Below are positions 10,060-23,938 of a stretch of DNA of 57,403 bases, piece after piece (the first letter of the stretch is position 1; the number at the start of each line of letters is the position of its first letter). Location of the stretch: the NCBI GenBank assembly GCA_003427395.1, contig BFEA01000011.1, positions 414,626-472,028 of the forward strand, read 5' to 3'. Made by a program: the position numbers and the translations under genes. Source of the DNA: Chara braunii. Lineage: Eukaryota; Plantae; Charophyceae. The notes under the pieces were generated by a model. It was not told the origin of the DNA, did not search any database, and worked only from the letters and a program-made list of their open reading frames with translations.

Positions 10060-12126
10060 ATGGAGGCGGGGGGGGCTTTGGTGGGGCCGTCTCCGAGGGA
10101 ACGAATTGGCGATCAGTGTCAGCAGCAGCAGAAGCAGCAAGACTGTAGGCACTTTTTGCAGACAGGAACTTGCGCGTACGGGCGGAGCTGTAAACACAGT
10201 CATCCAATAACTGGACGAGCCGTCTTTGCGTCCTTGGGGAGCTTCACGTCAGCGGAGAGGCGGAGAGGGGAGGAGCAACAGCAGCATCAAGTGCGTCAGC
10301 AGCCGGCTCAACATCCTGAACGTCCCGGTCAGCCGGAGTGTCCGCATTATGCGAAAACTGGAACGTGCAAGTTTGGCATAAGTTGCAAATTCCACCACAG
10401 TCCCCATCTAGTGAGGCTCTCTCCTGTCGCAGCGTCCACGACGTTTTTGCTGGCTGCTCAAAGCCAAGCTCAACGCGTGGGCGGTGTTGTCTTGAATGGA
10501 TCACGATACCCTTTGCGCCCGGGCCAGAAAGATTGCGACTACTACATGAAAACCGGTCAGTGCAAGTTCGGCGTCAGTTGCAAGTTCAATCATCCGGAGC
10601 TGATCGCCGCTTCGAGCAGGGCTCCGGTATATCCACCACCATCAAAACCGGCGGTCCCGATACCTGTACCGACGCCCACAGTCTCTGCGGGCTATCAAAC
10701 AGCCCCAGGTGCACTGGGGCGCAGTGGACCGCCGGCCATTCCCGTGAGTCCTGTGGTATTTCCGGTACCTGTGCGACCTGTAGGTCTGGCGCGCTTCCCG
10801 CCCTTCAGCACCCAGCCAGGGCAGGCCGTGCCCTCAGGCCCTGGACACGTCCACTGCCTCGTTCAGCATCCTGGAGGTATCGTGTATCTGCCACCAGGCT
10901 GGAATTACCAGTACGTTTGGCCGGCACCTGCAGATCCTACTCACCTGCTTTCCCGTCCTCAGTCACATCAAGTAAATTCCGCTCCTCAATCTCAGCAGCA
11001 GCAGCAGCACGCTCAGCCGATGTCAGCAGGATCAGCAGCAGGTGATGGAGGCTCGTTTTTCTTGCCGCCTCGGAGCCATCTACCTCCTCCTCCTCGCCCT
11101 CCTCTCTCCCCCCCACCGGCTGCGACGAGCGCTACGGTATCAGGCCCTGGCGGCGACTCGCTGGCATCAGGTGGCCTTGGAGTTGTTCGCGGTGGTGGCA
11201 CGGTGATCCCGGTTGCAGGGCCCGTTGCGCCTTTCGCTCCATCGTCGAACCCAGGGCTGCTAACAGCGAATCCTAATGTCAATTTCATGAGTAAGAGTAC
11301 CGAGATGCCGCCATCTCTGCCTGCCCTGCCAAAGGCTCCATATCCACCGGGAATGATCGGTGTGCAGGGAATAATGCCCTCGTCGCATAACGGGCCCGGT
11401 GGATGCACGGGAGTCGTGCTGTTCCCGCAGCTTCTGCCACGCAACAGCGCTGCGGCCCCGTTCCCCGAAAGGCCGGGACAACTGGAATGCCGCTACTACG
11501 TGCGCACTGGGGCGTGTAAGTATGGGATGTCTTGTCGCTACCATCATCCAAAAGATCGGAAGGCTGCGGCGATGGCCAGTGGGAGCGGCAGTAGCGGAGC
11601 TGGGCCGGGAACAGCAGCTCGGTGCGCACTCAATCCGATGGGATTCCCGCTACGTCCAGGTCAGCCTCCTTGCACGTTTTACGTACGCAACGGTGATTGT
11701 AAATTTGGTCAGACTTGTAAATTCGACCATCCAGTCGGGGAGCTAGAGTATTGCCCCTCTGCATCGTCGTTAGTGGACATGCCTGTCGCGCCGTTGCCAG
11801 AACGATCCTTAGCTGTGGCTGCTGAAGAAGAAAACGGGGTCGTCGAAGCCACTCTACATAAACCCAAGCAGGAGGTGAAGGGTCAATCGACCGGAGGGAG
11901 CAGTGAGGTAAATCGTCCGGATGATGAAGAAAACGGTGGGGACAATGATGATGAGGATGATGATGATGAGGAGGATGTAGAGGAGCATGATCTGAAGGGT
12001 GGAAGACATCAGGGCGGCAATGGTGCTGATTCCGCCCTGAAGGTGACGGCAGAGGAGGTGAACTCCGCTCCCATTCAAGCGGTTGTGATTGAGAATTCTG
12101 GTCTAGTTAGTGTAGGAAGTCACTGA
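10060..12126 (+). CDS. CCCH-type (C-X8-C-X5-C-X3-H) tandem zinc-finger RNA-binding protein, plant ZFN/C3H five-finger (3+2) type
   Basis: Five fingers: CRHFLQTGTCAYGRSCKHSH, CPHYAKTGTCKFGISCKFHH, CDYYMKTGQCKFGVSCKFNH, CRYYVRTGACKYGMSCRYHH, CTFYVRNGDCKFGQTCKFDH. Lead-ins PERPG/PLRPG and the family motif SASSLVDMPVAP are present. The ATG at 10060 follows the microsatellite; the upstream ATG at 9844 would read through the SSR. Confidence 0.93.
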   Translation: MEAGGALVGPSPRERIGDQCQQQQKQQDCRHFLQTGTCAYGRSCKHSHPITGRAVFASLGSFTSAERRRGEEQQQHQVRQQPAQHPERPGQPECPHYAKTGTCKFGISCKFHHSPHLVRLSPVAASTTFLLAAQSQAQRVGGVVLNGSRYPLRPGQKDCDYYMKTGQCKFGVSCKFNHPELIAASSRAPVYPPPSKPAVPIPVPTPTVSAGYQTAPGALGRSGPPAIPVSPVVFPVPVRPVGLARFPPFSTQPGQAVPSGPGHVHCLVQHPGGIVYLPPGWNYQYVWPAPADPTHLLSRPQSHQVNSAPQSQQQQQHAQPMSAGSAAGDGGSFFLPPRSHLPPPPRPPLSPPPAATSATVSGPGGDSLASGGLGVVRGGGTVIPVAGPVAPFAPSSNPGLLTANPNVNFMSKSTEMPPSLPALPKAPYPPGMIGVQGIMPSSHNGPGGCTGVVLFPQLLPRNSAAAPFPERPGQLECRYYVRTGACKYGMSCRYHHPKDRKAAAMASGSGSSGAGPGTAARCALNPMGFPLRPGQPPCTFYVRNGDCKFGQTCKFDHPVGELEYCPSASSLVDMPVAPLPERSLAVAAEEENGVVEATLHKPKQEVKGQSTGGSSEVNRPDDEENGGDNDDEDDDDEEDVEEHDLKGGRHQGGNGADSALKVTAEEVNSAPIQAVVIENSGLVSVGSH

Positions 12127-13924
12127 TCGATTGGGTCAGGAGTCCTAGAGGGGCCTGATTCAAGGATCAAGGATAGGAAGAGCGTAGGATGAGCTGCTTG
12201 CTCGCCTGCTTTGTTCTCCGTCCTGGCTGCCCCGTTGGTTGATTGACTAGTTGATTGCTTGCTTGCTTGCTTGATTGATTGATTGGGTGCTTGGGTAGTT
12301 GCAGAACAGCGGAACGAAGCGTCGTTTCCCCTAACGTAGGTCTAGTCCGTAGTTTGAAATTTGATTTGTTATGCCTGGGTCATCTTAGCACGTTTGACAC
12401 GATTCCTACGGTAGAGCCCGTCTCTTGAGTGGCTCATTCAAGTTCCTTGTCTTAGAAGTTAGGTCGCTTCTGGAGCATTGAGTGCTTGCTTGCGTGCTTG
12501 CTTGATTGATTGATTGCTTGCATGGACAATCGACATTGTCGTTGCAGCACTTGCAAGAAAGCTTGAAGAGCAAGAGGATGTGAGATGCAAGAGATGAAGA
12601 AGTGGACAAAAAACGCTTTTTGTTCTGCGTCCTCCACACTTCGTGGATAGCGACTGCTGCTGGCCTTTCTTCCTCATCTCCTTGCTTTTGGAGCTGCTGT
12701 TGTTTTTGTTTCTGTCATCCTTGCTGTCGTCACCGGCGATGCTGGTTTGTTGGGGACGACCACTATCCGTTCACTTACTGACTTTCTCTTTGCTGAATTG
12801 CGTTTTCTTTCATCCCCCACCTTCCCTCCCCCTCTCCCCCCCCCCCTCCGCCCTTCCTGAATGGAAGTGGAAAGGAGCGAAGGGAAGAGGAGCTCATCTC
12901 CTAGAGGTTGTCAGTGTACTTTGTTTGCATTTTTGCTACCATCCGGCATCAGGAAGCTGATGCTGGCTTCAGATCTAGCAAAAGCGGGCAAAGGTATGTT
13001 GAGCTTAGGGGGCCTGTTTCAGAAAACACAGAACCTTAGGATGCTTTTTTTTCTTGATTTATACGGGCCGAGCCCCTTTGGTTCGAGTCAAACAGTTCGA
13101 TCGTTCATTAGAACCAGAAACGAGAGTCTGGACTAAATCATCCTGAAGGGAGGACGGCGAGCGATGTCAGTTCAAATGTGGCCCTCGGCCCTGGCATGAT
13201 GAGAGGACGGCGAGCAGGCAGGCGGTTCTCCGTAGGAGTAGAGGAGGGATTCTCCTCTGGCAGGCGGGTAAGAGCGGGCGGGATCGTTGTGGCTATCAGT
13301 CTCTTGGTCGAAGGCACGTCGGTCGCTGGAGAGGAGGAGCCCCGTGATCCCGTAGTGTCGGAGTAGAACGGTCAACCAGAGGAGGCCGGGGGTGGACGAC
13401 GTAAGGCAGGCCGCTTGGGTAAAGGGGACATCAATTTCAAATCTTTGACAAACGTGAGGTGAATCGCAAAGCCCCGGAAGCGGTTTCTCTGGGAATGGGG
13501 GGTGAAGCAGAGGTGGGCGTGTTGGGCAGCAAGGCTCGGTTTTCTAGAATCGTCCGGGCGTGTCAGGATGAGTATGGCCAGTCTTGTCTAACTTGTTGGT
13601 TTGGCTTCCTGAATTTGACCGGCTTATCTCCGGCTGCCGCGGTCGGGAGCGCGTACGGATGTGACGACGTCGTTGATGTAAGTGTTGGACGAAGAAACCA
13701 ACGAGCTTGGTTTCTGCTCCGGCTGAGGTTCAACGAGCTTGGTTTCTGCTCCGGCTGAGGTTCAGATCCGCCACGTGGGCCTCGCTCGGATTGGTCACGC
13801 TTGTCATCTCCTGTTGCAGTCTTCACTGTCACAATGTGTGAAGTAGAAGGCGCAATTGGCTCTCCGCGGCCTGTGGGTGCACAATGTGCGCGTTTAGATG
13901 GACTGCCTCCCTCGTCGTTCCGTC

Positions 13925-14225
13925 ACTCGCACATTCCCTTATTCTGTACCACATTCACTCATTCCTCCCTCGTTCACACATTTCTCCGTCGCTCCCTAAC
14001 TCCATTACTACCACATTCACTCATTCGTCTCTCGCACATTCCCTTATTCCGTACCACATTCACTCATTCCTCCCTCATTCACACATTTCTCCGTCGCTCC
14101 CCAACTCCATTACTACCACATTCGCTCATTCGTCTCCCATTCCCACATTCCTTCCTCTCATTCCCTCGTTCCCACATTCCCTCATTACCACATTCCCCCT
14201 CATCCCTCATTTCCATTTCCGTCCT
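13925..14225. repeat. Pyrimidine-rich tandem repeat, ~104-bp unit (about 2 copies plus partials), built from cattc motifs
   Basis: tcgcacattcccttattc recurs at ~13928 and ~14032. Confidence 0.85.
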
Positions 14226-15607
14226 TCCCTAGGCTCCTTTCTCTCCCTTCTCCCCTGTCCACCGCGCCTTTTGATTCGACAGGCGCTCAGATGCACGCTT
14301 CGCATCGTTTCCTGAATTACCTGACGCTGCCTGTCACCGCATGTCAGAAAGCAGAAGCCGCGGCCGTAGTGGGGGAAAAAAGTGAGTGACGTGCTGATGA
14401 AGCTGCTGCCACAGTGTGACTGTTAGATAGCTGACAGTGGCAATTATCATGCAGAGGACGTGGAGGAGGACGTAGGCTGGAGGACTTGTTTGGTAGCCAC
14501 GGGGGAAGAGAGGTCCTCAGAACCGTCCGAAAATTGAGGGTTGTTGACTTTTTGAACTAGAAGGGAGGACAGGATGCTTCTCCGTTCGAATACCTGGCGA
14601 GCCGAGGCAGGGGAATAAGCGGCATAGATCGCGTGGGTGTCGCAGCAAGGCGTGAAGAAGTTTGCCTGCAAGGATCTACTGGAGGCTCAGGGCCGACTTC
14701 TAGAGATATGATGAAATGTCCGGACAGGACGGGATTGTTGTTTGTTGTTTCATAGCGTAGTTAGCGTGCGCTAGGTTTCAGAGATTGCGCGTGCTTTCGT
14801 GCGTGTGCCTGGGCTTTACTTTTTCCTCGTTGCTTTGCCAAAGCGGCCTGGAGAGGGTCGGAATCAGTGCACGACCCATTGACACACACAGGATTGCTGA
14901 AGGTAGCGAGAGTCGGAAATAAATGTGGGGGCGGTAGGACTCTGGCGAACCACCGCCTGCATGATGCATTAGAGCAGGCTGCTTGAGGGAAGTGTCTGCT
15001 CGCCTTCACTGAGAAAGAGATGGATGCGAGAGAGTGCCGTGAGAGATAGCGGAGCGAGAAGGCTTGGGGGGGAGGAGGAAAACCAGAGAGGAGACGGGCA
15101 TGAGACACCGTCCGAGTCGGGACGAATCGAGGTGCGCGCGGAATTTTTTCTAAGAGTGGAAGGTGGGTCGTTGAAAATGTGAGTCGACAATCTGTTAGCG
15201 CTCCTTGCAATTGAACCAGCTCTGCCACGGGTGCCGGCCGCGCTTCAGTGTGAGGCAAGGGTATTCGCTCTCAATTAACGAAAAGATTCGAAAGGGTTGT
15301 GTGCCGTGTACATTAATGACCGTCTGCTGGGCTGAAGACGGCTTCAGTTGATCACCGTCTGTTTAACTAGCCCCGGAAGGTAACGGTAGCAGCCCCTGTG
15401 TGTGTGTGAGTGTGTGTGTGTGTGCGCGCGCGCGCTTGTATGCACGCGACGGCGGATGAGGGACAGCGTATGTGTACGTGCTGTGCTCGTGTGTCCGCGC
15501 CTCCTGGATGCGCGTGTTTATGTCTGGGTGCCGATGCATGTGCGGTGCGGCATGTGAAGATCCACACCCCGTCATGCACACACATACACACGCAGAGACA
15601 GACACAC

Positions 15608-15657
<50 letters not shown>

Positions 15658-16662
15658 GTGGATGTGGAGAGGAGTTGTGGTAGGCTAGGGAATGAGGTGG
15701 GTTGAGATGGATAAAGAGAGTTATGGCAGGCTAGCGCATGAGCTGCAACAGTGAGGGGGAGGAGTACAGGAAGTAGGGGCTGCTGTGGACGTTACGTAGC
15801 GTGATGGACGATTGGGACAGGGGGCGAAAGAATAGCTCCTGGCCTCGTCTGGATGACGTTGAGAATCCATCCAGTGGTAGAAGAACTCCGTGGGAATGAG
15901 GGACGCCGAAGAAGTGGGAGAGGAAAGTGAAAGTGGATTGGGTTGGGGCAGGGCCGAGGTGCGGAATCAAGCGAGCGAATCTTCCTTTTTGGTCAGGCCG
16001 AAGAAGAATTAGAGGGGCCCGCAACTGGAAGATCGACAGAGGAGGGGCCTGGAGGCAGCGGGATAGAAAATTGGAGAAAAAACATGGAACGAAGGAGGGG
16101 AAATGAAGAAGGAGATTCACAAAGCCTGCAGGTATGGATGAAGCAGCCATGACCCTTTGTTTTCGTTCGCGCTAAAAGAATGCAATCCTTTTACTTTGTC
16201 TTGAAATTAACCTGCCATTACTTTGAGATACACCACCGGTCCTTTTCGTTGTCTTCCGCACACACTCTGCGCAGTGGCACTGCATCTCAACCTCCCTCTC
16301 CTTAAGCAGGACGAGGCAGCAAAGATTCGCGAATAGAAAACCCTCGTTCCCTCAACGGGTACGCCGTTGTCTATTTGGATCATCGAGACTAAAATATATT
16401 TTCTGCGTGTCCATAATGGAGGATAATATTCTAAGCGTATTGGGTCGGCAAAGCGAGTAGGGGTGGAGGCGGGATGAAATACGGTGATTTGTATGTATGT
16501 GCAGACTTCTGGAAAGCGAGTATTGGGTCGGCAAAGCGAGTAGGGGTGGAAGATGATACCTCGGTTTGTGAGAGAGACATCTTACGTTTCCTGTGTCTTT
16601 TGGGTTGCGTGATTTACTACCCTGGAGATAGGGATAACTCGTGGAACGCAAAATGAATGTAT

Positions 16663-16721
16663 GTGCGCGCGCGCGCGCGCGTGTGTGTGCGTGCGTGTGT
16701 GCGTGCGTGTGTGCGTGTGTG

Positions 16722-16786
<65 letters not shown>
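16663..16786. repeat. (GC)n(GT)n(GA)n compound microsatellite
   Basis: Read directly. Confidence 0.9.
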
Positions 16787-17349
16787 TTCCGGAGTGTGAA
16801 TGGGTAAAGTTGAGAGTATGGAGGACCAATTACAGGCGCAATAGAAAAGCACAGAGGATTGTTTGTGTGTGTTTTGTGTTGTGTTTGTGTGTGTCACATG
16901 GTTGACTCTCAGCCCGACTCTTAAACAATCCAGAATGCGTGGAGTTATTTAAGAAAGTGTTACAGAGGGAAGGTGAAGGAAGCCGAGTTGCATGAGGAGG
17001 AAAGCAGATAGGACTAGCTGTTGGCTGTCCGAAAAGTCGTTGTTGGTGTGGCTTGAATGAAGTCATGGCTTAGCGACAACGAGAGTTTTGTTTATTCTGA
17101 AGAGTTATAAGTGAATGGACACGTGTAATCCCAGTCGATGGTTGTTCTCATTATACCGGCCTTCTCCAACGCGCAGAGCGACCTTTCTCGAACAGACAGA
17201 GAGACCCTTCTTCAGCGCACAGTGAATAGACATGTGTAATCCTACGTGATCGTCTCATTTGTTTTTTTGTTTCGTTTTTGTTTTCGAAGTTTTAAGTTGT
17301 GTATACAGCGACCCTTCTCGTTGTTGGTGTAGCAGACCGCACAAGGAGA

Positions 17350-18780
17350 CACTGAACTGGAATGAGGTACGTGTTAAGGTCCTTCTGGTAACCTTCCTGG
17401 GTGTGGTGCTGGCAACTGGGCGATGGTTGGGACAAGAATGAGGCATATGTGGGAAGGACACGCTGAACAGAAGGATAGAAATGACAGGGGACAGCGACGC
17501 ATTGGAGACCTAGAAACAGAAGTGGTCTAAGGAGCCCGCATATAGGATGGAAGGAGAAAATTCTCCTAAAATTTGAGTAGCGTCTGGCTTGGGGGGTTTA
17601 GTGTTGCAGATATTAGTTTTGCAAACGGGGGACTGCCGCATGCGAGCTTCACCATACGAAATGGGATCAAGAGTTGGTCTTTAAACCACACTCTTGACTT
17701 TTCACACCCACGGGTCTCTGAAAAAGTTCCCGAGGATATATCTTGTTCTGGGGTTTGCTGAGTCGCCATTCACACAGAGTTTCCAAACCATGAAAGGTTG
17801 GAAGCTCTGTGTGAGTGGTTGGAAAATTAGGTGGTTAGGCTGCGTGGTTAATGGCATGGGCGAGTTGTGAAGGCTTGTTGCGGCAGGCTGGCAAGCCTGA
17901 AGAGGTCTGTGTTCCCTCCGTGGTCAGTTAAACCACGACCCCAGAGGCTGGGCAATCAATGCTGACCCATGTTGCTGGATATTTCTAGTAGTTTATGAAA
18001 GGACCCTGGGCCCGGTTCCCAGCAGATGCAACTCCTCCTTTTGACTACCGGTAGTAGTGCCTCTGGCTTCCCATCAGGCCTACGACCAGGAGGATTTCCG
18101 CCGGTGAGCAGGCTGCTGAGACACCTAGCGGATTTGGTGAAATGAAAAAAGAGCATAGGAACTACGAGCAACGGAAGGAAAGGAAGACCCAGGAAACCAA
18201 TAATTCTAAAGTATAAAGCAGCTAGGACTGCAAGTAGGTAGGGAATGGAGAGCTGAAAGTGTACCCTGAGCCTTGCTGAAAAATTATCACTAGAGAAGTT
18301 TTTGCTAATGCGGTGCAGGCAAGTTAGTCTACCACATAGCTTCATGAGTCGGTTAGTGCCAGATAACGTGCCAGTGATTGAGTGGAAAGCCATTTGCAGA
18401 CAACCAAGGGCTAAAAGGGAACTAGCAGTTGGTACAGCATTGCAAGCAGTGGATGGCTGGTAGCTTCACTGTCCTCTCAGAATGCCAATTTATGTTGCAT
18501 CATGATTTGTCAGAGAGCCATTGGTTGCAAGCCATCAGAGAACAGGATGGTAGGCTTGAGTCGTGCATTATCTGAGAACTCAAGCTTGCTCTAGAATCGT
18601 GCTCTCCTCTCCTCCGCGAAGCAGCAAAACCCAAGCAGTCATGGTGGTGTCGTTTGTCTGGCAGTTGGCTCTGTATGCATGGCGAGTGGTTTCCTGGAAA
18701 TTTCACGAGTTATCTCAAGACTCCAAGAAGTCGCTATGAAATTGAATTCTTGCCGGGAAAATAGGTAGGCACAACCAGGC
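17350..18780 (+). pseudogene. Possible highly degraded non-LTR (L1-like) ORF2 3' fragment
   Basis: Weak motifs only (VTFLGV; GGFSVADI..N..L resembling GGLG..D...N.AL; Trp-rich downstream). No intact ORF. Confidence 0.3.
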
Positions 18781-19125
18781 ATTTAAGGCATCTTACTAGT
18801 AGTTGGTTGCCAAACGATTGTCTACCTTTGGGATTGGGGTTTTGTTCTCGTTTTGTTTGTGTTCCCTTGGAGAAGCTTAGTAGTCACTGTGTGGTGAATG
18901 TAATGTGCAAATCATATGGATTCTGAAGCATATGCGGACTTTTTCGGGAGCTAAAATCTGGAAAGAAGGCGCAATCATGTGAACTGCAAGCTCGAGTTTC
19001 TCAGCAGCAAGGAATTGCTGCCGCAATTCCTCCAGATGGAGGCCTGAGGAAGGATATAGATGCATTGAGCTGAAATGTGGGTGGTGGAAACGCAAAGCAG
19101 AGAATTAGCAACCGATTTGTGCTTT

Positions 19126-20005
19126 TGCAATCAGACTTGTCCTCAACCTCGCTTCAGCGTGCATGCAAACAGATGACGATCAAACTTGGCGGGAAGTGCC
19201 CATACAAAGCTCAGAGATAAAACGTGGCCAGGAACACAGCTCAGATTCAAACTTGTCTTTGATGGCTATGGTGCATGGCGCCAGACAAAGGTTCCCACGC
19301 GATCAACTGTATCCACCAGCAACTTATTCGCACATGCATATGCACACTTGGATCACCCTGGATGTCCCGTATACACACACACTTCCTACCCTATCCTACG
19401 TGGCAGCTATGGCTGCCATCTCTCTCCTAAGCTAGCTCGCGGCCATGGTCATGTCTTCTTCCTCTGAGCCCTCTTCTTCTTCCGGCACCTGCAGACTTCT
19501 GTAGCACAAGACGCTCCGACAGCGCTTCCGCATGGCTCACCGGCAGAATGAATGAATGACTTGACGTTGGTACTTGCTAATCGTCCGTGGTCTGCCCTTG
19601 GACGCTGGGCCCAGGGTGCACACAGTCCCACATGGTACTTGCTAATTTTAAAGTGCGACTGGGACTGGGTACCACTGACTAGGCTAGGTAGGACTGGGAC
19701 TGCCGTTTGCTGACTGTGCTAGGACTGCTCCTTGCTGACTCAGCGGCTGACTGACCCCTAGGACCTACGAAGAGTCAGTCCTACAGCTTCTAGAAGGTCG
19801 TAGTATTGACCCTTTGCAACTGTAGCAGCTATGACCTATAACGTACCTATGACCGCTAAGTCTAAGGTCTACGGGCCAAACCCTTGCGACCGTGCTATAT
19901 ACAACAGCCGAAATACGACTCTCAGAGAACAGGTCGCGGGCTCAAACACACGGGTCAACGGGTACTTGGTTAAGGGGGAGGTCTAGGGATCGAGCCCTGG
20001 GTTCT
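19126..20005 (-). repeat. 3' LTR of element D
   Basis: Homologous to 27509-28356. Confidence 0.9.
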
Positions 20006-20252
20006 GTGTCCGGCGGAATCATCGAACGACACAACGGAAACTGTTGGCTGATGACACAAGGTTGTAGCTTAGACGCATGGAAGACTGGATAGGTGTGGAG
20101 GTGTGGTGGAATCTCTACTGTTTAGGAAGGTCCGTCCTCTCCACCTTTTACTTCTAGGACAGGCCACGGTCCCCTATACGCGGATAACGGCTTCTGTGAG
20201 ATGTTCTCTTCGAGGGGGAACTCCTGAGATTGACCCAGACTGAGTCACCTAC

Positions 20253-23200
20253 CTAGAACTGCGATGGCCGACGATGTTTGTTAGCTTGCTCTATCATTCG
20301 GTGTTGAGCTGTTCTCAGATTGTCGGTCACTCTTGCAATTTCCTTCTCATGCTGTAAGGCAAACTCTCTACTTTCGATTGGCAGTCTCTGTATTTGGTCA
20401 CAGTTCAGCCCTTCAAACGGCCTGCGTGGTCTAAAGGACTTGTGGAACTCGTTAGGAGTCCGACAAATAGCTAGGTGAACTTTGTTATTGTAAGCACTAG
20501 CTACTTTAGGGAGCATCACATCCCAGTTAATCTGATCTGGTCTAACATACATCCCTAGTATCTGCTGCAGGATCTTATTCATCTATTCAGTTTGGCAGTT
20601 AGTCTTTGGGTGACGACCGAATGACTTTGAGCCGTAGACTCGCATAAGTTCTTTCCAGTGCTGACTAGTAAATAGTGTATCTCTATCACTAACGATGCAT
20701 AACGGAATACCATGTTCGCTTACCCAGGAATCGAAAAGCTTCTCCTTAGCTAACTTTGTACGTGCCTCAGAAGGCAAAGGAACAAAAATTGCATATTTGC
20801 TAAAACAATCTACTATGATCATGGCTTGGCTCTTGCCATGCCTACTCCTAACCCTTGCATCCATGAAGTCGATGGACATAGACTCTCTGGGTCCTGAAGG
20901 GATAGGCAAGGGTCTGAGAAGACCCAATGGGGCTCGCGTCATACTTTTGTTGCGTTGGCATTCTTTGCCACTACGTACGTACTCTATACAGTCAGCTTTC
21001 ATTCCAGGTTGGCTAATGTCTTTTGCCAACTGAAGTGTCCTTCTGTATCGTGACGTTCCCCTAGGATCACACTTCGGATCTCTTCACTATTGGGAATGCA
21101 CAGCCTATCTACGACGTCTGTCTTCTCAAACAGCAACCCGTTCGTGGTGCGGTAGTCATGTTCACTCTCTAAGGCCTCTCTTACTCTCTTCAAGAGGTTG
21201 ATAGGGTCCTGAGCATACGTATCTCTAACCTTTTGCTGTAAATCGGATCCTATGTCTAGATAGTGCACGCTTGCTCCTAAGTAACCAGCCCTTCCATTGA
21301 GAGCATTTGCAACCACGTTGAGCCTGTTTTTGCCGACCCTGATTTTCACTGCGCTCCGAGTTTTGCTGAGCCTGGGTCCCACTCCATTTCTTTATGGTAC
21401 TCTCACGGGAAGAACAAAAAAAAAGAAAAAAAAGAAGAAAAGTTGCAGCCGTGAAAAAAAACAAGAAAACGAAACCAAGCTCTGGGCGTGATTGAAGCTG
21501 TATACATTCTCGGAAGTGGTAGTGTGAGTGTGCCCTCAGTTAGGGCATCTCAGTCTCGTGGCCAGGTTGTCAGATTCCAAAAACTCGAAACAAGAAAAAA
21601 AAGATAGAAATACGGATTCGGCCGTGAAAATGGCAAGATACATTCCCGCAAGTGCCAGTGTGAACAGGGTTACAATCCTTTGAGGGAACACAGCTCGAGC
21701 AGATCATGGATTCCGCCCTGCCTCGTTGGCAGAGGACACATAACAAACAAAGGAGAAATAAAAAAGAGAACAACAAGTTTCAGAATGTGACCGTCTTTGT
21801 TGTGAGATGCATTCAAGACAGTGAAGACGGCCGTAGACTACCCTGCTCGACATCATTGCAGTACAAAGGCCTTTTTTTTTCTCCTTTTCCTTTTGTGCAC
21901 GGGCAAAAAAAAAGTACGATTTATGGGACATTGCCGACCCTGGGTCCGACCCCCGAAAAGTTCGGGTACTGGCCAGCATCACGTTATTTCCCAACAGTGG
22001 GGGAGGTACTGGTGGTTTAACGGGTTTGAGCTCAAAGTCATAAGTGATCTATTTCTGCAGCCCACTTAGTAAGCTTAGGTGTCATCTTGGCTTGCGTTTT
22101 CAGCCACCTGAGTGTCTCGTGGTAAACTTTGAAGTGCCTACCAAGCAAGTAGTGTCTGCAGTGATATAGTGCTTGCCTGAGAGCATAGAGAGTTCTGTTT
22201 TGCAAGTTGAAGCTGCTACCTTTTGCGAAGGCAACCTAGCAGACATGAACTCTATGGGTCTATACCCATTGTTGGGCTGAGGCGCAGTCTTGGTCCCACT
22301 TTCAGATCGCCTCTTTCTTTAGCAGTCTGCGAAGGGGAGCAGTGATAGTAAAAACGTTTCTAACAAACTTTTTATAATAGTTGGCCAACCCTAGGAATGA
22401 TTGCAACTCTGTTAACGGACGAGGAATTGTCCAGTCTCTAATCGCTGCGATTTTATTGTCCTCAGGTTTTATACAATCTCCATCTAAGACGTGGCCCAAA
22501 TACAATGTTTTGGTTTTGGCCCACTCACACTTCTTCGCGTTGATCTTGAAGTTTGCCTCGCGCAACTTCTTCGAGATCTGCCTTGGATGAGCCTCATGCT
22601 CCTGGAGGGTCTTATTAAAGGTTAGGATATCATCTAAATAAACCGTTACAAATCTTTCTAACCACGACATAAACAAATCGTTCATATAGCGCTAGAAAGT
22701 GGCTGGTGCATTCGTTAGTTTAAAGGGCATCACTATGAACTCATAATGCCCGTATGTAGTATTGAACGCTGTTTTGTACTGATCATCAGGGCGAACTTCA
22801 ATCTGATGGTACCCTGACTTGCACCGGATCTAACAGATCACCTATTCGGGGCAGTGGCTCTGCATTCTTGTTGTATCAACGTTTAGACCCCTGTAGTCTG
22901 TGCACATTCTCAACTCTCCCTCTTTCTTGGGGACAAATAGAACAGGTGCTCCAAACGGAGACGAAGTGGGCCTAATCCAACCCTTCTCGAGGAGCTCGTC
23001 TAACTACTTGCATAGTTCCTCTAACTCCTTAGGAGACATCCTATAAATTGCTCCTTTGGGAGTTTCACTGCCAGCCTCTATCTCGATGTGATGTTGGATG
23101 GGACGCGGAACTACTTTTGAAGGAGCCTTTGAGAAATTTGCGTACTTGTCCAACAACTTGGCAATAACAGAGTTGGTTGGTTCCTTTTTCTTAGGCTCAG

Positions 23201-23775
23201 TAATTGGCCTAACATAGGCTACAAAAACCTGATCTTCTAACTGCTCCTTTTTAACTAATTGTGCAAACGCAGGAGCACTAAGACAACAATGTGCCAGGGA
23301 GCTATCCCCTTCCTGACACATGGAACAGGCGGACTTTCTTGACGCCACTTGGCGGACTAGGAAGTCTTCACTCGTGCTCACGCAAATGGCGTGCGGCTCT
23401 TGTTGCCTCTCCCAAGTCCATTCCCAATACCATATCGAACGGGAGATCATCTTCAACCGGGAGAGTCAGGGAATCGATAAATCTCTCTACCTTCCCATCT
23501 GCTTCTAGGCGAAAATACGCTTGGACTCCCTCGACGTAATCCTCGATTCGCATTATGCAATTATCAATGAGTATGCTGATTATAGGTTCTTCTAGCTCTT
23601 GGACTTTCAAGCTAAGCTTTAACTTCTTCAACGCTTTATGGCTAATATAGCTACGGGTGGCGCCACTGTCTATAAGGACCCCTAGTCTACCTCTAAAAAA
23701 TTCTACATCTGCTATCAACAACTGTCCTTTTCCTTCTTTATTCATCTTGGCCCAGACCGACATTCTTTCCCTCAA
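20253..23775 (-). pseudogene. pol of element D (protease, RT, RNase H, integrase), multiply disrupted
   Basis: ORFs 23368-23775, 23004-23456, 22302-22685, 20999-21382, 20583-21029 and 20253-20582 carry the motifs. Confidence 0.9.
21332..22016. mobile_element. Non-coding ~685-bp insertion in a T-run of element D pol (unclassified non-autonomous element)
   Basis: It splits ELKPVK / NRLNVVA. Its right end, gaggtactggtggt(ttaa), is shared with 5935-5952 and inverted at 28713-28730. Confidence 0.7.
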
Positions 23776-23938
23776 TTCTTCTGCCAGACCTGTGAGGGAA
23801 ATGCCTAGAGAGACTCTTAAGCAGTCTCGGATCAGCTAACTAGACGCTGGCCAGCAACCTCTCTCGTAGACACATGTGGAGTGAGAGTTTCTACTTGGAG
23901 CCCACACTCATCTCCATGAGGTCTAGAGGTAAGGGCAA

